Positions 51,786 to 64,000 of a stretch of 64,000 nucleotides of DNA are shown piece after piece (position 1 is the stretch's first letter; every line of letters begins with the position of its first letter). The notes below the pieces were generated by a model. The model was not told where the DNA came from. It saw only the letters and a program-made list of their open reading frames with translations, and searched no databases. This stretch comes from Felis catus (Eukaryota). The translations under genes were made by a program, and so were the position numbers. The stretch spans positions 109,246,001-109,310,000 of the forward strand of contig NC_058368.1 in NCBI RefSeq assembly GCF_018350175.1, in the 5' to 3' direction.

Positions 51786-54700
51786 AAAGTTACTGATTTG
51801 GACTTTTAAATTCATCTATAAATACTGGTATAGTTTACTTATTTAAATTTTTAAAATTTTTCCTCTGGTGCTCGTCATGACAGGTATACTCCTTCCTCCC
51901 CATCATGTTTTTCACCCATCCTCCAACCCACCTCCCCTCCGGTACCTATCAGTTTGTTCTCTATAGTTAAAAGTCTGTTGGGGCGCCTGGGTGGCGCAGT
52001 CGGTTAAGCGTCCGACTTCAGCCAGGTCACAATCTCACGGTCCGGGAGTTCGAGCCCCGCGTCAGGCTCTGGGCTGATGGCTCAGAGCCTGGAGTCTGTT
52101 TCCGATTCTGTGTCTCCCTCTCTCTCTGCCCCTCCCCCGTTCATGCTCTGTCTCTCTCTGTCCCAAAAATAAATAAACGTTGGAAAAAAAATTTTAAAAA
52201 ATAAATAAATAAATAATGCTGCTATAAACATAGGGGTACATGTGTCCCCCTCGAATTAGTGTTCTTGAATTTTTGGGGTAAATGCCCAGTAGTGCAATTG
52301 CTGGATCATAAAGTAGTTCTATTTTTAACTTTTTTTTTAAATTTTTTTTAATTATTATTTTTTTTATTTTTAACTTTTTGAGGAACCTCCATACTGTTTC
52401 CCACAGTGGCTGCACTAGTTTGTATTCCCACCAGCAATACACAGGGGTTCCTTTTACTACACATCCTCACCAGCACCTTGTGATTTTAGCCATTCTGACA
52501 GGTAAGAGGTGATATCTCATTGTAGTTTTGATTTGCATTTCCCTGATGATAAGTGATGGTGAGCATCTTTTCATGGGTCTGTTAGCCATTTGGATGTCTG
52601 CCTTGGAAAAAGATACTTGGATATTTGTTTTTTGGGTGTGAGTTGTATTAGTTCTTTATATGTTTTGGATATTAAACCTTTATCGGGTATGTCATTTGCA
52701 GATAATTTCTCCCATTCCATAGATTGCCTTTTAGTTTTGATTGCTTGAAGCTTTTTATTTTGATGTAATCCCCACAGTTTATTTTTGCTTTTGTTTCCCT
52801 TGCCTCAGAGGACCTATCTGGAGAAAAGTTGCTATAGTTGATGTCTGAGTAATTACTGTCTGTGTTTCTCTTCTAGGATTTTTATGGTTTCAGGTCTCAC
52901 ATTTAGATCTTCAACCCATTTTGAGTTTATTTTTGTGTATGGTGTAAGAAAGTGGTCCCGTTTCATTCTTTTGCATGTTGCTGACCAGTTTTCCCAGTAC
53001 CCATTTGTTGAAGAGATGGTCTTTTTCCCACTGGATATTCTTTCCTGCTTTGTCAAAGATTAATTGACCATATAGTGGTGGGTTTATCTCTGGATTTTCT
53101 ATTCTCTTTTATTGATCTATATGTCTACTTTTGTGCCAGTACTGTACTGTTTTGATCATTGTAGCTTTGTAATATAACTTGAGATCTGAAACTGTGATGC
53201 CTCCAGCTTTGCTTTTCTTTTTCAAGATTGCTGTGGCTGTTTGGAATTTTTTGTGGTTCCATATATATTTTAGGATTGTTTATTCTGGTTTTATGAAAAA
53301 TGCTGTTAGTATTTTGATAGGGATTGCATTAAATCTGTAGATTGCTTTGGGTAGTATGGACATTTCAACAATATTTGCTCTTCCAGTCCATGAGCATGGA
53401 ATTCTTTCCACTTTGTGTCATCTTCAGTGTCTTTCATCAGTGCTTTGCAGTTTTCAGAATATAGGTCTTTGGTTAGGTTTATTCCTAGGTGTCTTATTAT
53501 TTTTGGTGCAGTTGTAAATGGGACTGTGTTCTTATTTTCTCTTTCTGCTGTTACATTATTGATGTATAGAAATACAATTGATTTTGGGGCACATGGGTGG
53601 CTCAGTTGGCCAAGCATCCGACTCTTGATTTCAGCTCAGTTCATGATCTCATGGTTCATGGGTTTGAGCCCCACGTCGGACTCTGTGTTGACAGCATGAA
53701 GCCTGTTTGGGATCCTGTCTCCCTCTCTCTCAATCCTTCCCCCTGCTTGTTCTCTAACTCTCTCAAAAAAAAAAAAAAAAAAAACCAAAAACCAAAAAAA
53801 AAAAACAATCGATTTTGTATCCTTCAACTTTACTGAATTTGTTTATCAGGTCTAGGAGCTTTTAGGTGGTCTTTTGGGTTTTCTCTGTATGTATAGTATC
53901 ATGTCATCTGCAAATAGTGAAAGTTTTACTTCTTCCTTACTGATTTGGATGCTTCCTATTTCTTTTTGTTGTCTGATTGCTGTGGCTAGGATTTCAGTAC
54001 TATGTTGAATAAAAAGAGTGAGAGTGGACATCCTTGCATTGTTCCTGACTTTGGAGAAAGGCTCTCACGTTTTCCCCATTGAAGGTAATGTTAGCTGTGT
54101 GTTGAAAATCTGTGGCCTTTATTATGTTGAGGTTTGTTGGCTCTAAACCTACTTTGTTGAGGGGTTTTATCATGAATGGATGCTGTACTTTGTCAAATGC
54201 GTTTTCTCATCTGTTGAAATGCTCCTATGGTTCTTATCCTTCTCTTATTGATGTGATATGTCATGTTGATTGATAGGCCGATATTGAACCACTTTCTTGC
54301 AATTTAGGAATAAATCTCATTTGATTGTGGTGAATGATTTTTTAATGTTTGTTGAAATCAGTATTTTGTAGAGAATTTTTGCATTTGTGTTCTTCAGAGA
54401 AAATAGCCTGTAAATCTCTTTTTTTATGGTGTCTTTATCTGGTTTTGGTATTGGTAATGCTGGCCTCATAGAATGAATTTGGAAATTTTCCTTCCTTTTC
54501 TATTTTTTGGGATACTTTGAGAAGAATAGGTACTAACTTGTCTTTAAATGTTTGGTAAAATTCACCTGTGAAGCCATTGGTTCTGGACTTCTGTTTGTTG
54601 GGAGGGTTTTTTGGTTTTTTTTGGGTTTTTTTGTCTATTTTTTATTTTTAGAGAGAGTATGAGTGGGGAAGGGGGTAGAGGGGGAGGGAGAATGTTAAGC

Positions 54701-55160
54701 AGCTTCACACTCAGTACAGAGCCCAACTCAGGACTTAATCTCATGACCTTGGGATTGTGACCTGAGCCAAGATAAAGAGTTAGACATTCAACCAAATTGA
54801 GCCACCCAGGCACCCCTGTTGGTTGGGAGTTTTTTGATTACTGATTTATCTGCTGGTAATTGATCTGTTAAAATTTTCTGTTTCTTTCTGTTTCCGCTTT
54901 AGTAGGTTATATGTTTCTAGTAGTTGATCCATTTCTTGTAGGTTTTCCAATTTGTTGGCAAATAAGTTTTCATAATACTCTCTTACAATTGTTTGTATTG
55001 CTGTGGTGTTGGTTGTTATGTTTCCTCCTTTACTAATGATTTTGTTTATTTCAGTCCTCTCTCTCTCTTTTTTTTTTTTTTTTTGATGAGGCTGGCCTAG
55101 GGCCTTATCAATTTTGCTGAAATTTTCAAAGAACCAGCTCCTGGTTTTATTGATATGTTC

Positions 55161-55205
<45 letters not shown>

Positions 55206-55834
55206 TTTCTATGATATTTATTTCTGCTCTAATCTTTATTATTTCCTTCATTCTGCGGGTTTTGGGATTTATTTGCTCTTCGTTTTCTAGTTCCTTTAGG
55301 TGTAAAGTAAGGTTGTCTATTTGAGATTTTTCTTACTTCTTGAGGTAGGCCTGTATTGCTGTAAACTTCCCTCTTAGAATCGCTTTTGTTGCATCCCAAA
55401 GGTTTTGAACTTTAGTGTTTTCATTTTTATTTGTTTCCATGTACTTTTTTTTTTTTAAGTTTTGCAATAATCTCTACACCCAACGTGGGATTTGAACTTA
55501 CAACCCTGAGATCAAGAGTGCATGTGCCTTCAGCTGAGCCATCCGGTGCCCTTCCATGTACTTTTTATTTCTTCTTTTATTTCCTGATTGACCTATTTAT
55601 TGTTTAGTGGCGTATTATTTAACCTCCATGTATTTGTCCTCTTTCCAGATTTTTTATTGTGGTTGATGTTTAGTTCTATAGCATTGTGGTCAGAAAAGAT
55701 GCATGGTATGACTTGATCTTTTTGAATTTGTTGAGACTTGTTTTGTGGCCTAATACATGATCTGTTCTGGAGAATGTTCCATGTGCACTTGAAAAGAATG
55801 TGTATTCTGGTGTTTTAGAATGAAATGTTCTGCA

Positions 55835-56630
55835 CAGAGTAAAATTTTGGATTGCCAGTAACTTGTTCTGCAAGTGTTCCACAAGATAAGCAAACATTTC
55901 TAATAAATTTTATCTTGCTAAACAAGTGATGTCTTGCAATATGAGTAGTACGTGACACCAAATGTCACATGATCACAACTGAGCCAATGGTTCTTCTCTC
56001 TTTCTCTCTCTCCCTTGCTGTGAGATTATGGGTGATTGTCTCCCATGTTCGGATGCTCAGTCTCAGGCTGTGATGTTTGGCAGAAATCAGTGATTTTTCA
56101 GCATGTTGGAAGGTTCCCACAACTGGCACTAGTGTAGTTTTTGTCACTTCAAAACACCTATGGACAGTCCTTTGCTTTTCCATAAAAGAGTAAGCTTAGG
56201 AATGCTTTGCTTCATTCTAGGTCAGGCTACCTGCAGATATAGACCCTTTCCTCTGCTGCCTTATCACCAGTTACATGAAATACAGTATAAGAAAGAGTTT
56301 ATTAATACTGTAGTCAACATCTGACAGTGAAAGTCATCCTACACAACCCTCCTCTCTCTTGTCTTCCTCATACCAGCCACGAAGGTTTTGAAAGGTTAAG
56401 CGCAGGTTAATTTATTTATTTTTATTTGTATTTTGTATTTTCTTTATTATTTTATTACAATATTACAATATTACAGTATTGTAATCACTTTTATATAAAT
56501 GTTTTTGGGTTGTGGAATGAATCCTGAGTTTCCATTATTTCTTATGGGGAAATCCGCTTTGATATACACGTGCTTCGGAATACAAGTATGTTTCCAGAAC
56601 GAATTATGCTCACAATCTAAGGTTTTACTG
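55835..56630. mobile_element. Tigger/pogo-like (Tc1/mariner) non-autonomous DNA transposon
   Basis: About 800 bp of non-L1 sequence bounded by imperfect inverted termini cagagtaaaattttggattgccag and (reverse complement) cagtaaaaccttagattgtgag; L1 sequence resumes on both sides. Confidence 0.7.
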
Positions 56631-59600
56631 TGTATCTGTTAAATCTACCTCTTTCAGTGTGTCATTTAAGGCCATTGTTTCCTTGTTGTTTTTCTGTTTA
56701 GATCTATTCATTGATGTAAGTGGGGCGTTAAAGTCCCCCACTATTATTGTATAATTATTAGTTCCTTTATGTAATTAACTAGTTTATGTATTTAAGTGCT
56801 TTCATGTTGGCACATACATTTTTACAATTTTTATATCTCCTTGTTGCATTATACCCTTGATTACTGGGTAGCCTCTTGGTCTCTTGTTACAGTTTTTGAT
56901 TTAAAGTCTATTTTGTCCAGTATAACTATTGCTACTGTGGCTTTCTTTTGCCATTCACTTGCATGATAAATGTTTCTGCAAACCCTTACTTCCTTTTTTT
57001 TTTTTTTTTTTTTTAATGTTTATTTTTGAGAGAGACAAATTGTGAGCTGGGGAGGGGCAGAGACAGAGGGAGACACAGAATCTGAAGCAGGCTCCAGGCT
57101 CTGAGCTCTCAGCACAGATCCTGACGCGAGGCTTGAACTCCTGAACTGCAAGATCATGACCTGAGCTGAAGTTGGACACTTAACCAGCTGAGCCACCCAG
57201 GCACCCCTCCATACCCTCACTTTCAATCTGCAGGTGTCCTTAGGTCTAAAATGAGTCTCTGGTAGGCAGTAAACAGATGGGTCTTGTTTGTTTGTTTTTT
57301 TGTTTTTTGTTTTTTTAATGTTTGTTTATTTTGGAGAGAGAGAGACTTATGAGCAGGGGAGGGGCAGAGAGAGAGAGAGAGAGACACAGAATCTGAAGTA
57401 GGCTCCAGGCTCCAAGCTGTCAGCACAGAGCTCAGTGTGGGGCTCAAACTCATGAACTGTGAGAGCATGACCCAAGCTGAAGTCTGACACTTAACCGACT
57501 AAGCCACTCAGGCGCCCTTGTTTTTTTTTTTTTTTTTAATTCCTTCTACAACCCTGCATCTTTTGATTAGGTCATTTAGTCCATTTTCATCTAGGGTAAT
57601 TATTGATAGATATGTATTTATTGCCATTTTATTACTTGTTTTGTGGTTATTTCTGAAGATTTTCTCTGATCCTTTCTTACCTTTCTCTCTTTCATGGTTT
57701 ACTGGGTTTCTTTAGTGATATATTTGGATTTCTTTTATCCTTTGCATATTGATTAGTGGTTTTGTTTTGTGGTAACCATTAGGTTTGTATATAATCTCTT
57801 TTGCATATAGCAGTCTATATTAAGTTGGTAGTGGTTTAAATTTGAACCTATTCTTTACTCTTCCCCTCCCTACTTTTTGTTTTATTTTTTAAAAAAATTT
57901 TTTAATGTTTTTTTTTTTTTAATTATTTTTTGAGACACAGAGACAGAGCATGAGCAGGGGAGGAGCAGAGAGAGAGGGAGACACAGAATCTAAAGCAGGC
58001 TCCAGGCTCTGAGCTGTCAGCACAGAGCCCTATGCGGGGCTCAAACTCACAGACTGTGAGATCATGACCTAAGCCAAAGTCGGACGCTTAACCAACTGAG
58101 CCACCCAGGTGCCCCTATTTTTTTAATTTTTTTTATGTTTATTTATTTTTAAGAGAGACAGAGACAGAGTGTGAGTGGGGGAGGGGCAGAGAGAGAGAGG
58201 GAGACACAGAATCTGAAGCAGGCTCCAGTCTCCAAGCTTGTCAGCACAGAGCCTGACATGGGGATCGAACTCAAACTGTGAGATCATGACCTGAGCCGAA
58301 GTCGGACACTTAACTGACTGAACCACCTAGGCACCCCTCCCCTCCCTACTTTTTTGATCTATGTTGTCATAATATTATACATTCTTTTATTTTGTGAATT
58401 TCTTGACTGATTTTTTTTATAGGAATATTTATTTTTACTGCTTTTGTGTTTCCTACTTTCATACTACCCTTTTTGGTCTTTCCACTCAGAGAGTCCCCTT
58501 TAATATTTCTTACAAGGATGAGTTAGTGGTCATGAACTTTAGTTTTTGCTTGTCTGGGAAGCTGTTTATCTCGCCTTCTATTCTGAATGACAGCCTTGGT
58601 GGATATAGTATTCTTGTCTGCAGATTTTTCCCATTCAGCACTTTGAATATATCATGCTACCCCTCTGGTTTGGAATGTTTCTGCTCAAAAATCAGGTGGT
58701 ATCCTTATGAAGTTTCCTTTGTATGTAAGTGTCGTCTTTTGTCTTGCTCCTTTTTTTTTTTTTTTAAGTTTATTTATTTTGAGAGAGAGCATGAGCAGGG
58801 GAGGGGCAGAGAGAGAGGGAGAGAAAGAATCGCAAGCAAGCTCCGTGCCATCAGCACAGAGCCCAAAGCAGAGCTCAAACCCTAGAGTTCATGACCTGAG
58901 CTGAAAGCAAGAGTTGGATGCTTAACCGACTGAGCCATGCAGTCGCCCCCCATCTTGCTGCTTTTTTTTTTTTATGTGTATTTACTTTTGAGAGAAAGAG
59001 AGAGAGACAGAGGCGTGAGTGTGGGAGGGACCGAGAGAGGTAGACACAGAATCTGAAGTAGGTTCCAGGCTCTGAGCTGTCAGCACAGAGTCTGACACAG
59101 GGCTCGAACCCATAGACTGCAAGATCATGTCCTGAGCTGAGGTCAGACACTTAACTGACTGAGCCACCCAGGCATCCCTCATCTTGCTGCTTTTAATATT
59201 TTTTTTATTTATCAGTATATTTTGCCTTTTTACTTACTTTTTAAGAAATTTTTTGCCTTTTTAGTTATAATGTATCATGGTATGAATCTGCTATTTTTGA
59301 TTTTGTTGGGGGCTCTCAGCACCTCCTGTATCTTGATATCTGTTTCCTTTTCCAGATTCGGGAAGTTTCGAGCTGTTATTTTTTCAAGTAAATTCTCTGC
59401 CCTGTTTTCTCTCTTTTCTCCTTCTAGGACTCCTATAATACGAATGTTAGTATGTTTGATGGAGTCATTGAGTTCCCTAAGTCTTTCCATTTTGCATAAT
59501 TCTTTTTTCACTGTTTTGTTCAGCTTGGTAACTTTCCATTAATCTGTCTTCTAGGTCACTATGTCTTTGCTTCTTCCAGCCTGCTGTTCGTTACATCAGA

Positions 59601-60802
59601 TGTTTCTCATTTTGTTTATTGAGCCCTTTCTCTCTCTTATTTTTACTCATTATCTCTGTGTTAATGGTCTCACTGATGTCCTCCACTCGTTTCTCACGTC
59701 CAGTGAATGTCCTTACGATCATTGCTTTAAATTCTCCAAGAGGCACGTTACTTATATCTGTTTCACTTAGATCTCTAGTCATGGCCTTGTTCTTTTCTTA
59801 CATTTGGGACAAATTCATCTGTCTTCTCATTTTGTGTAAGTCTCTGTGCCTGTTTCTGTGTGTTAGGAAAGTCACCTATATTTTTTGTTATTGAGGGTAA
59901 TGGCTCTATGAAGAAGAGGTCCTTTAGTGCCCTGCAGTTTAGTGTCATCTGTTCCCCAGGGCCTGGTGCTTCTAGGAGTGTCTCTAGTGTGTACTTCATG
60001 TGCTTTGCTGTTGTGTCCTGGCTGCTTTATCCTTTGGGCCAGTCTCTTTGCCTGTATGTGGGCAGCGTTCGGTCCCTGGCCTGAATGTGATGTGTTTTAA
60101 TTAGGTGTACTCTGTTCTCCTTGTGAAATGAGACCTGTTCCCACCACTGTTGGGACTGAGGCTCTGAAAAACTTCCAGGTCAGGAGATCTGCTGTTAGCG
60201 GGGGTTTGGGCCGGTCTTCTTGGGGAGGGGGCCCATTGCACTAGGACTGAGGCCAGCGTGACTGGGAGTGGCAGTTTCACTGGGGTGTGGAGGGGTGGGG
60301 CTTGGTGTAAGCAAGTTAGGTAGCAGTGTCACGGCTGGGCTGGTTCCCGGAGGGGTCTCTGCATGAACACTGCCTCTCTAAGACATGCTCCAAGATGAGC
60401 AACTAACCCCGCTCTTTGCCCCAGGTGCTTCTTGGATCGCTGTTTCCATACTGTATTTCAGCGGGCTGTTTGCCCTGCATTTTCTCGCAAACAGCCCCAG
60501 TACCCTCTGAGCTCTATCGGAGCCAAACACTCTGACTTTTAAAACTCCAGGCTTTGCGGCGCCTGGGTGGTGCAGTTGGTTAAGCGTCCGACTTCAGCCA
60601 GGTCACGATCTCGCGGTCCATGAGTTCGGGCCCCACATCAGGCTCTGGGCTGATGGCTCAGAGCCTGGAGCCTGCTTCCGATTCTGTGTCTCCCTCTCTC
60701 TCTGCCCCTCCCCCGTTCATGCTCTGTCTCTCTCTGTCCCAAAAATAAATAAAAGTTGAAAAAAAAAATTAAAAAAAAAAAAAACAAAAAACTCCAGGCT
60801 TT

Positions 60803-61282
60803 ATCAACAAGAGCCAAAGTATGGAAAGAGCCCAAATGTCCATCAGCAGATGAATGGATAAAGAAGATGTGTGTGTGTGTGTGTATATACACACATACAA
60901 TGGAGCGTTACTCAGCAATCAAAAAGAATGAAATCTTGTCATTGGCAACTACATGGATGGAACCAGAGGGTATTATGCTAAGCGAAACTAGTCAGTCAGA
61001 AAAAGACAAATATCATTTGACTTCACTCATATGAGGACCTTAAGAAAGAAAATAGATGAACATAAGGGAAGGCAAAAATAATAAAAAACAGGGAGGGGGA
61101 CAAAAACATAAGAGACTTTTAAATATGGAGAATAAACAGAAGGTTACTGGAGGGGTATGGAAGGGGATGGGCTAAAGAGTAAGGGGCATTAAGGAATCTA
61201 CTCCTGAAACATTTTTGTACTATATGCTAACTAACTTGGATGTAATTTAAAAAAATAAATAAAAATTAAAAACAAAAAACAA
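60803..61282 (+). mobile_element. Short 5'-truncated young felid L1 (about 480 bp)
   Basis: Highly similar to 4513-5190 in this window ([10 protein letters not shown]..., 3'UTR, poly(A)); TSD AAAACTCCAGGCTTT. Confidence 0.95.
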
Positions 61283-61834
61283 AAAACTCCAGGCTTTAAG
61301 CCCTGCTGGTTGTAAGAACTCAGGAAATTCAAGCCTTCTAGCTTTTCAAGCCTATTGCTATGGGGATTTATTTTCTGCTTGTGCTTACCTGTGTATTAGT
61401 CTGTCTATCCCCCTTGTCTGCAGTTGCAGCTCCCTCCCCACCCTGGGGGTCACAGTCTGTCACTCTCCCAAACTGTGTCTCTGTACTTTGTACTCCATCA
61501 CCATCTTCCAAACTCCTGGTATAGATCTTTGAATTATAAATTAGAAAAACTTTGGTTTTGTTCTGTCCTGGTGCCCACTAACATTAATGCATTATTTAGT
61601 GAATATTGTTTTGTGTGTAGCACTGTGCCAGGTATTTTGGGGGATAATGAAGCCAAAAACTTGGACTTTGCTTTTAAAGGACTTAAAATCTACTTAGAAA
61701 AACAAGGAAACTATTTTAGAAGATAGGTAGGATCACAAATGAGTAATTTGAAGAGTTATGTAAATGGTACATTTGAAAACATAGGTTCTTTAGGAGCTAA
61801 AAGGTGGTGGCTGTAGCACAGTGAGGAAAGAAAA

Positions 61835-63103
61835 AAATAGATAAATTGGACTTCCTTGGGGTGCCTGGGTGGTGCAGTTAGTTAAGCATCCAACTCTTGA
61901 TCTTGGCTCAGGTCATAATCTTACAGTATGTGAGTTTGAGCGTCGCCATTGGGCTCTATACTGATGGCGCAAAGCCTGCTTAGGACTCTGTCTCTCCTTC
62001 TCTCTGCCCTCCCCCCCTTGTGCTCTTTTTCTTTCTCACAAAATAAACTTAAAAAAAATTTTTTTTAACTTAAAAGAGAAATTGGACTTCCTCAAAATAA
62101 GATACTTGTTTTTCAAACTACATCATCAAGAAAGCAAAAGGAGCCCACAAAATGGGAGAAAATATTTGCCAGTCATATATCTGAAAAGGGACTTTTTTTT
62201 CTGGAACATATAATGAACTGTTATAACTCAGTAACAACAACAACAAAAAAAAAACCCACAATTAGAAAATGTGCCAAGGATCTAAATAGATATTTCTCTA
62301 AAGAAGATATATATGTGTCCAAAAACATGAAAAGATGTTTAACATCATTACTGATTAGGAAAGTACAAATAAAAACCACAGTGAGACCACTTCACATCCC
62401 CCTAGAATGGCTATAAATTAAAAAGACATATAATAGTATTGATGAGGATATGGAGAAATTGGAACCCTCATATATGCTGGTGGGAGTGTAAAATGGTGCA
62501 GCCACATTGGAAAACAGTTCAGCAATTCCTTGATATGTTAAACATAGAGTTAACATATGATCCAGCAGTTTTACTCCTAAGTGTCTTACACCCAAGAGAT
62601 TTTAAAACATACATCTACACAAAAGCTTGCATAGGGATGTTCATAACAGCATTATTTATAATAGCCTAAAGATGGAAACAACTTCATTGTCTGTTAACTG
62701 CTCAATAAAATGTGGCATATCCTTGTGTTGGAATATTATCCATCTGTAGAAAGAAATGAAGTTCTGATACATGCTACAACAGGTAAGAATGTCGCAAACA
62801 CACTAAGTGAAAGCCAATTACAAAAGACCTCATATTGTATGCTTCTATTTATTTGAAATGTCCAAAATAGGCAAATCTATAGAGACAGAAAGATTAATGA
62901 TTGCCAGGTTAGGCAGTCGAGAGGAATGAACGGTGACTGCAAATTGGTACAAAACTTTTTTTTGGAAGTTGAAATATCCTAAGATCAGATTACAGTAATG
63001 GTTGCACAACTGTATGAATATACTAAAAAAATGTTGAATTGTATGGCGAATACAGGTGAATCGTATGGCGTGTGAATTTATCTCAATAAAGCTGTTTTAA
63101 AAA
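61835..63103 (+). mobile_element. Old L1 (L1MB/ME-like) ORF2 end and 3'UTR with a nested Can-SINE at 61858-62075
   Basis: DLNRYFSKEDI and ICWWECKMVQPHWK remnants, ending tatctcaataaagctgttttaaaaaa; SINE TSD AAATTGGACTTCCT. Confidence 0.85.
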
Positions 63104-64000
63104 AGGGATGGTCTTGAATAGAAATGTCTTAAAAAGCCTTCAAGGGAAGAGGTATGGCTGAACTGGATCTTAAAGAATGGGGAAAAATCAGATTGACCGA
63201 GTAGAAGCCATTTTATGTATGTTTGTAATTTTATTTTTTCTTCTTAAAGTAATTAATGTGCTCATGATAAAAAAAAACTTACAGAAAAATAAGAGTTGAT
63301 AAGTAAGAGGTAGTCTTCCCACTCATTCCTGACCTTCTAGATAAAGCCTATGATCAGCTTTTTTTTTTTTTGCGTGTATACAATATAAATGTATTTACAT
63401 TCACATTGTTATATGTCTATATTTACACCTACAACTTATCAAAACAGAATCATTGTAAGGGAGAGCCTGGGTTAAGTAAACCAGGGTAAAATGAATGAGA
63501 AAATTACAGTCAGATTATGAAGAATGAATGGGTTTAGAATTTAGTTTAATAGAAAAAATGATAAAGTAGGATATGTTTTAAGAGTTAGGATTATTGTGTA
63601 TAGGTACTGTGTGGTAATTCGCAAGATACTGGAACACATTTTGTCTTCCTCAGGAGCAGCCTAGTTAGAAAGGTGACAAGCACACATAAGGCAGAAAAAG
63701 ACAAGAACTGTAAGAGCTCTGAGGAATAAGAAAGAGAATTTCTGTCTGAGGTGGCCAGAGAGGATTATGTAGGACTGAATTGGGGGTTTAATTTATTGAC
63801 TATAAATGGTTAAGTAATTAGAGGTGTAGGGACAGTAAAACGCAAGGTGTTTTTGAACGCTATCAGGAAATCCATATGGTTGAAATGGAGCATTCATATA
63901 GGAAAGAATGGCAAGGTGGCAAAGAAGCAATACCTGGTGTTTACTGAGTGGTGCAGGATTGTGACTAAGGCTGTAGCAAATTGTGAGGTGTTTGTTTTTG

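Larger units (their letters stand above)
51834..61515 (-). mobile_element. Apparently full-length, inactivated carnivore L1, antisense in RAD50 intron 5, with nested SINEs (51980, 53586, 54607, 55445, 56994, 57286, 57874, 58116, 58751, 58962, 60556), a Tigger-like element and a sense L1 fragment
   Basis: Colinear minus-strand order 3'UTR, ORF2 ([34 protein letters not shown]), ORF1 (LRELNDSIKHTNIRIIGV), 5'UTR ending in ccatcttcc. Candidate TSD CTGGTATAG at 51825-33 and 61516-24. Confidence 0.88.

Overview
Mammalian genomic DNA, almost certainly a felid (abundant Can-SINE/SINEC_Fc elements, cat-type L1, and an IL-5 protein matching my recollection of feline IL-5). It covers the left end of the Th2 cytokine locus. 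It contains the complete four-exon IL5 gene on the minus strand (CDS 24881->23296, 134 aa) with its proximal promoter (CLE0, double GATA, NFAT, octamer), 3'UTR AU-rich elements and poly(A) signals. Head-to-head with it, about 9.4 kb away, are the CpG-island promoter and coding exons 1-5 of RAD50 on the plus strand (ATG 34298, codons 1-252); exon 6 is not in the window. The rest is mostly interspersed repeats: about 40 Can-SINEs, a 5'-truncated young L1 (2.8-5.3 kb), a decayed ERVL provirus (about 11.8-16.2 kb), an apparently full-length antisense L1 in RAD50 intron 5 (about 51.8-61.5 kb) with many nested insertions, plus L2, MIR, MaLR and hAT relics. I see no convincing new protein-coding gene or new biological system. 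The best second-look items are a TSD-flanked 3'-truncated U1 snRNA retrocopy in RAD50 intron 2, repeated reuse of identical retrotransposon target sites, a Tigger-like DNA transposon nested in the L1, a hAT element carrying an E2F motif at the RAD50 promoter edge, and a phase-symmetric exon 3-5 block flanked by inverted SINEs. Repeat family names and comparisons with human come from memory, not from a search; repeat boundaries are approximate.
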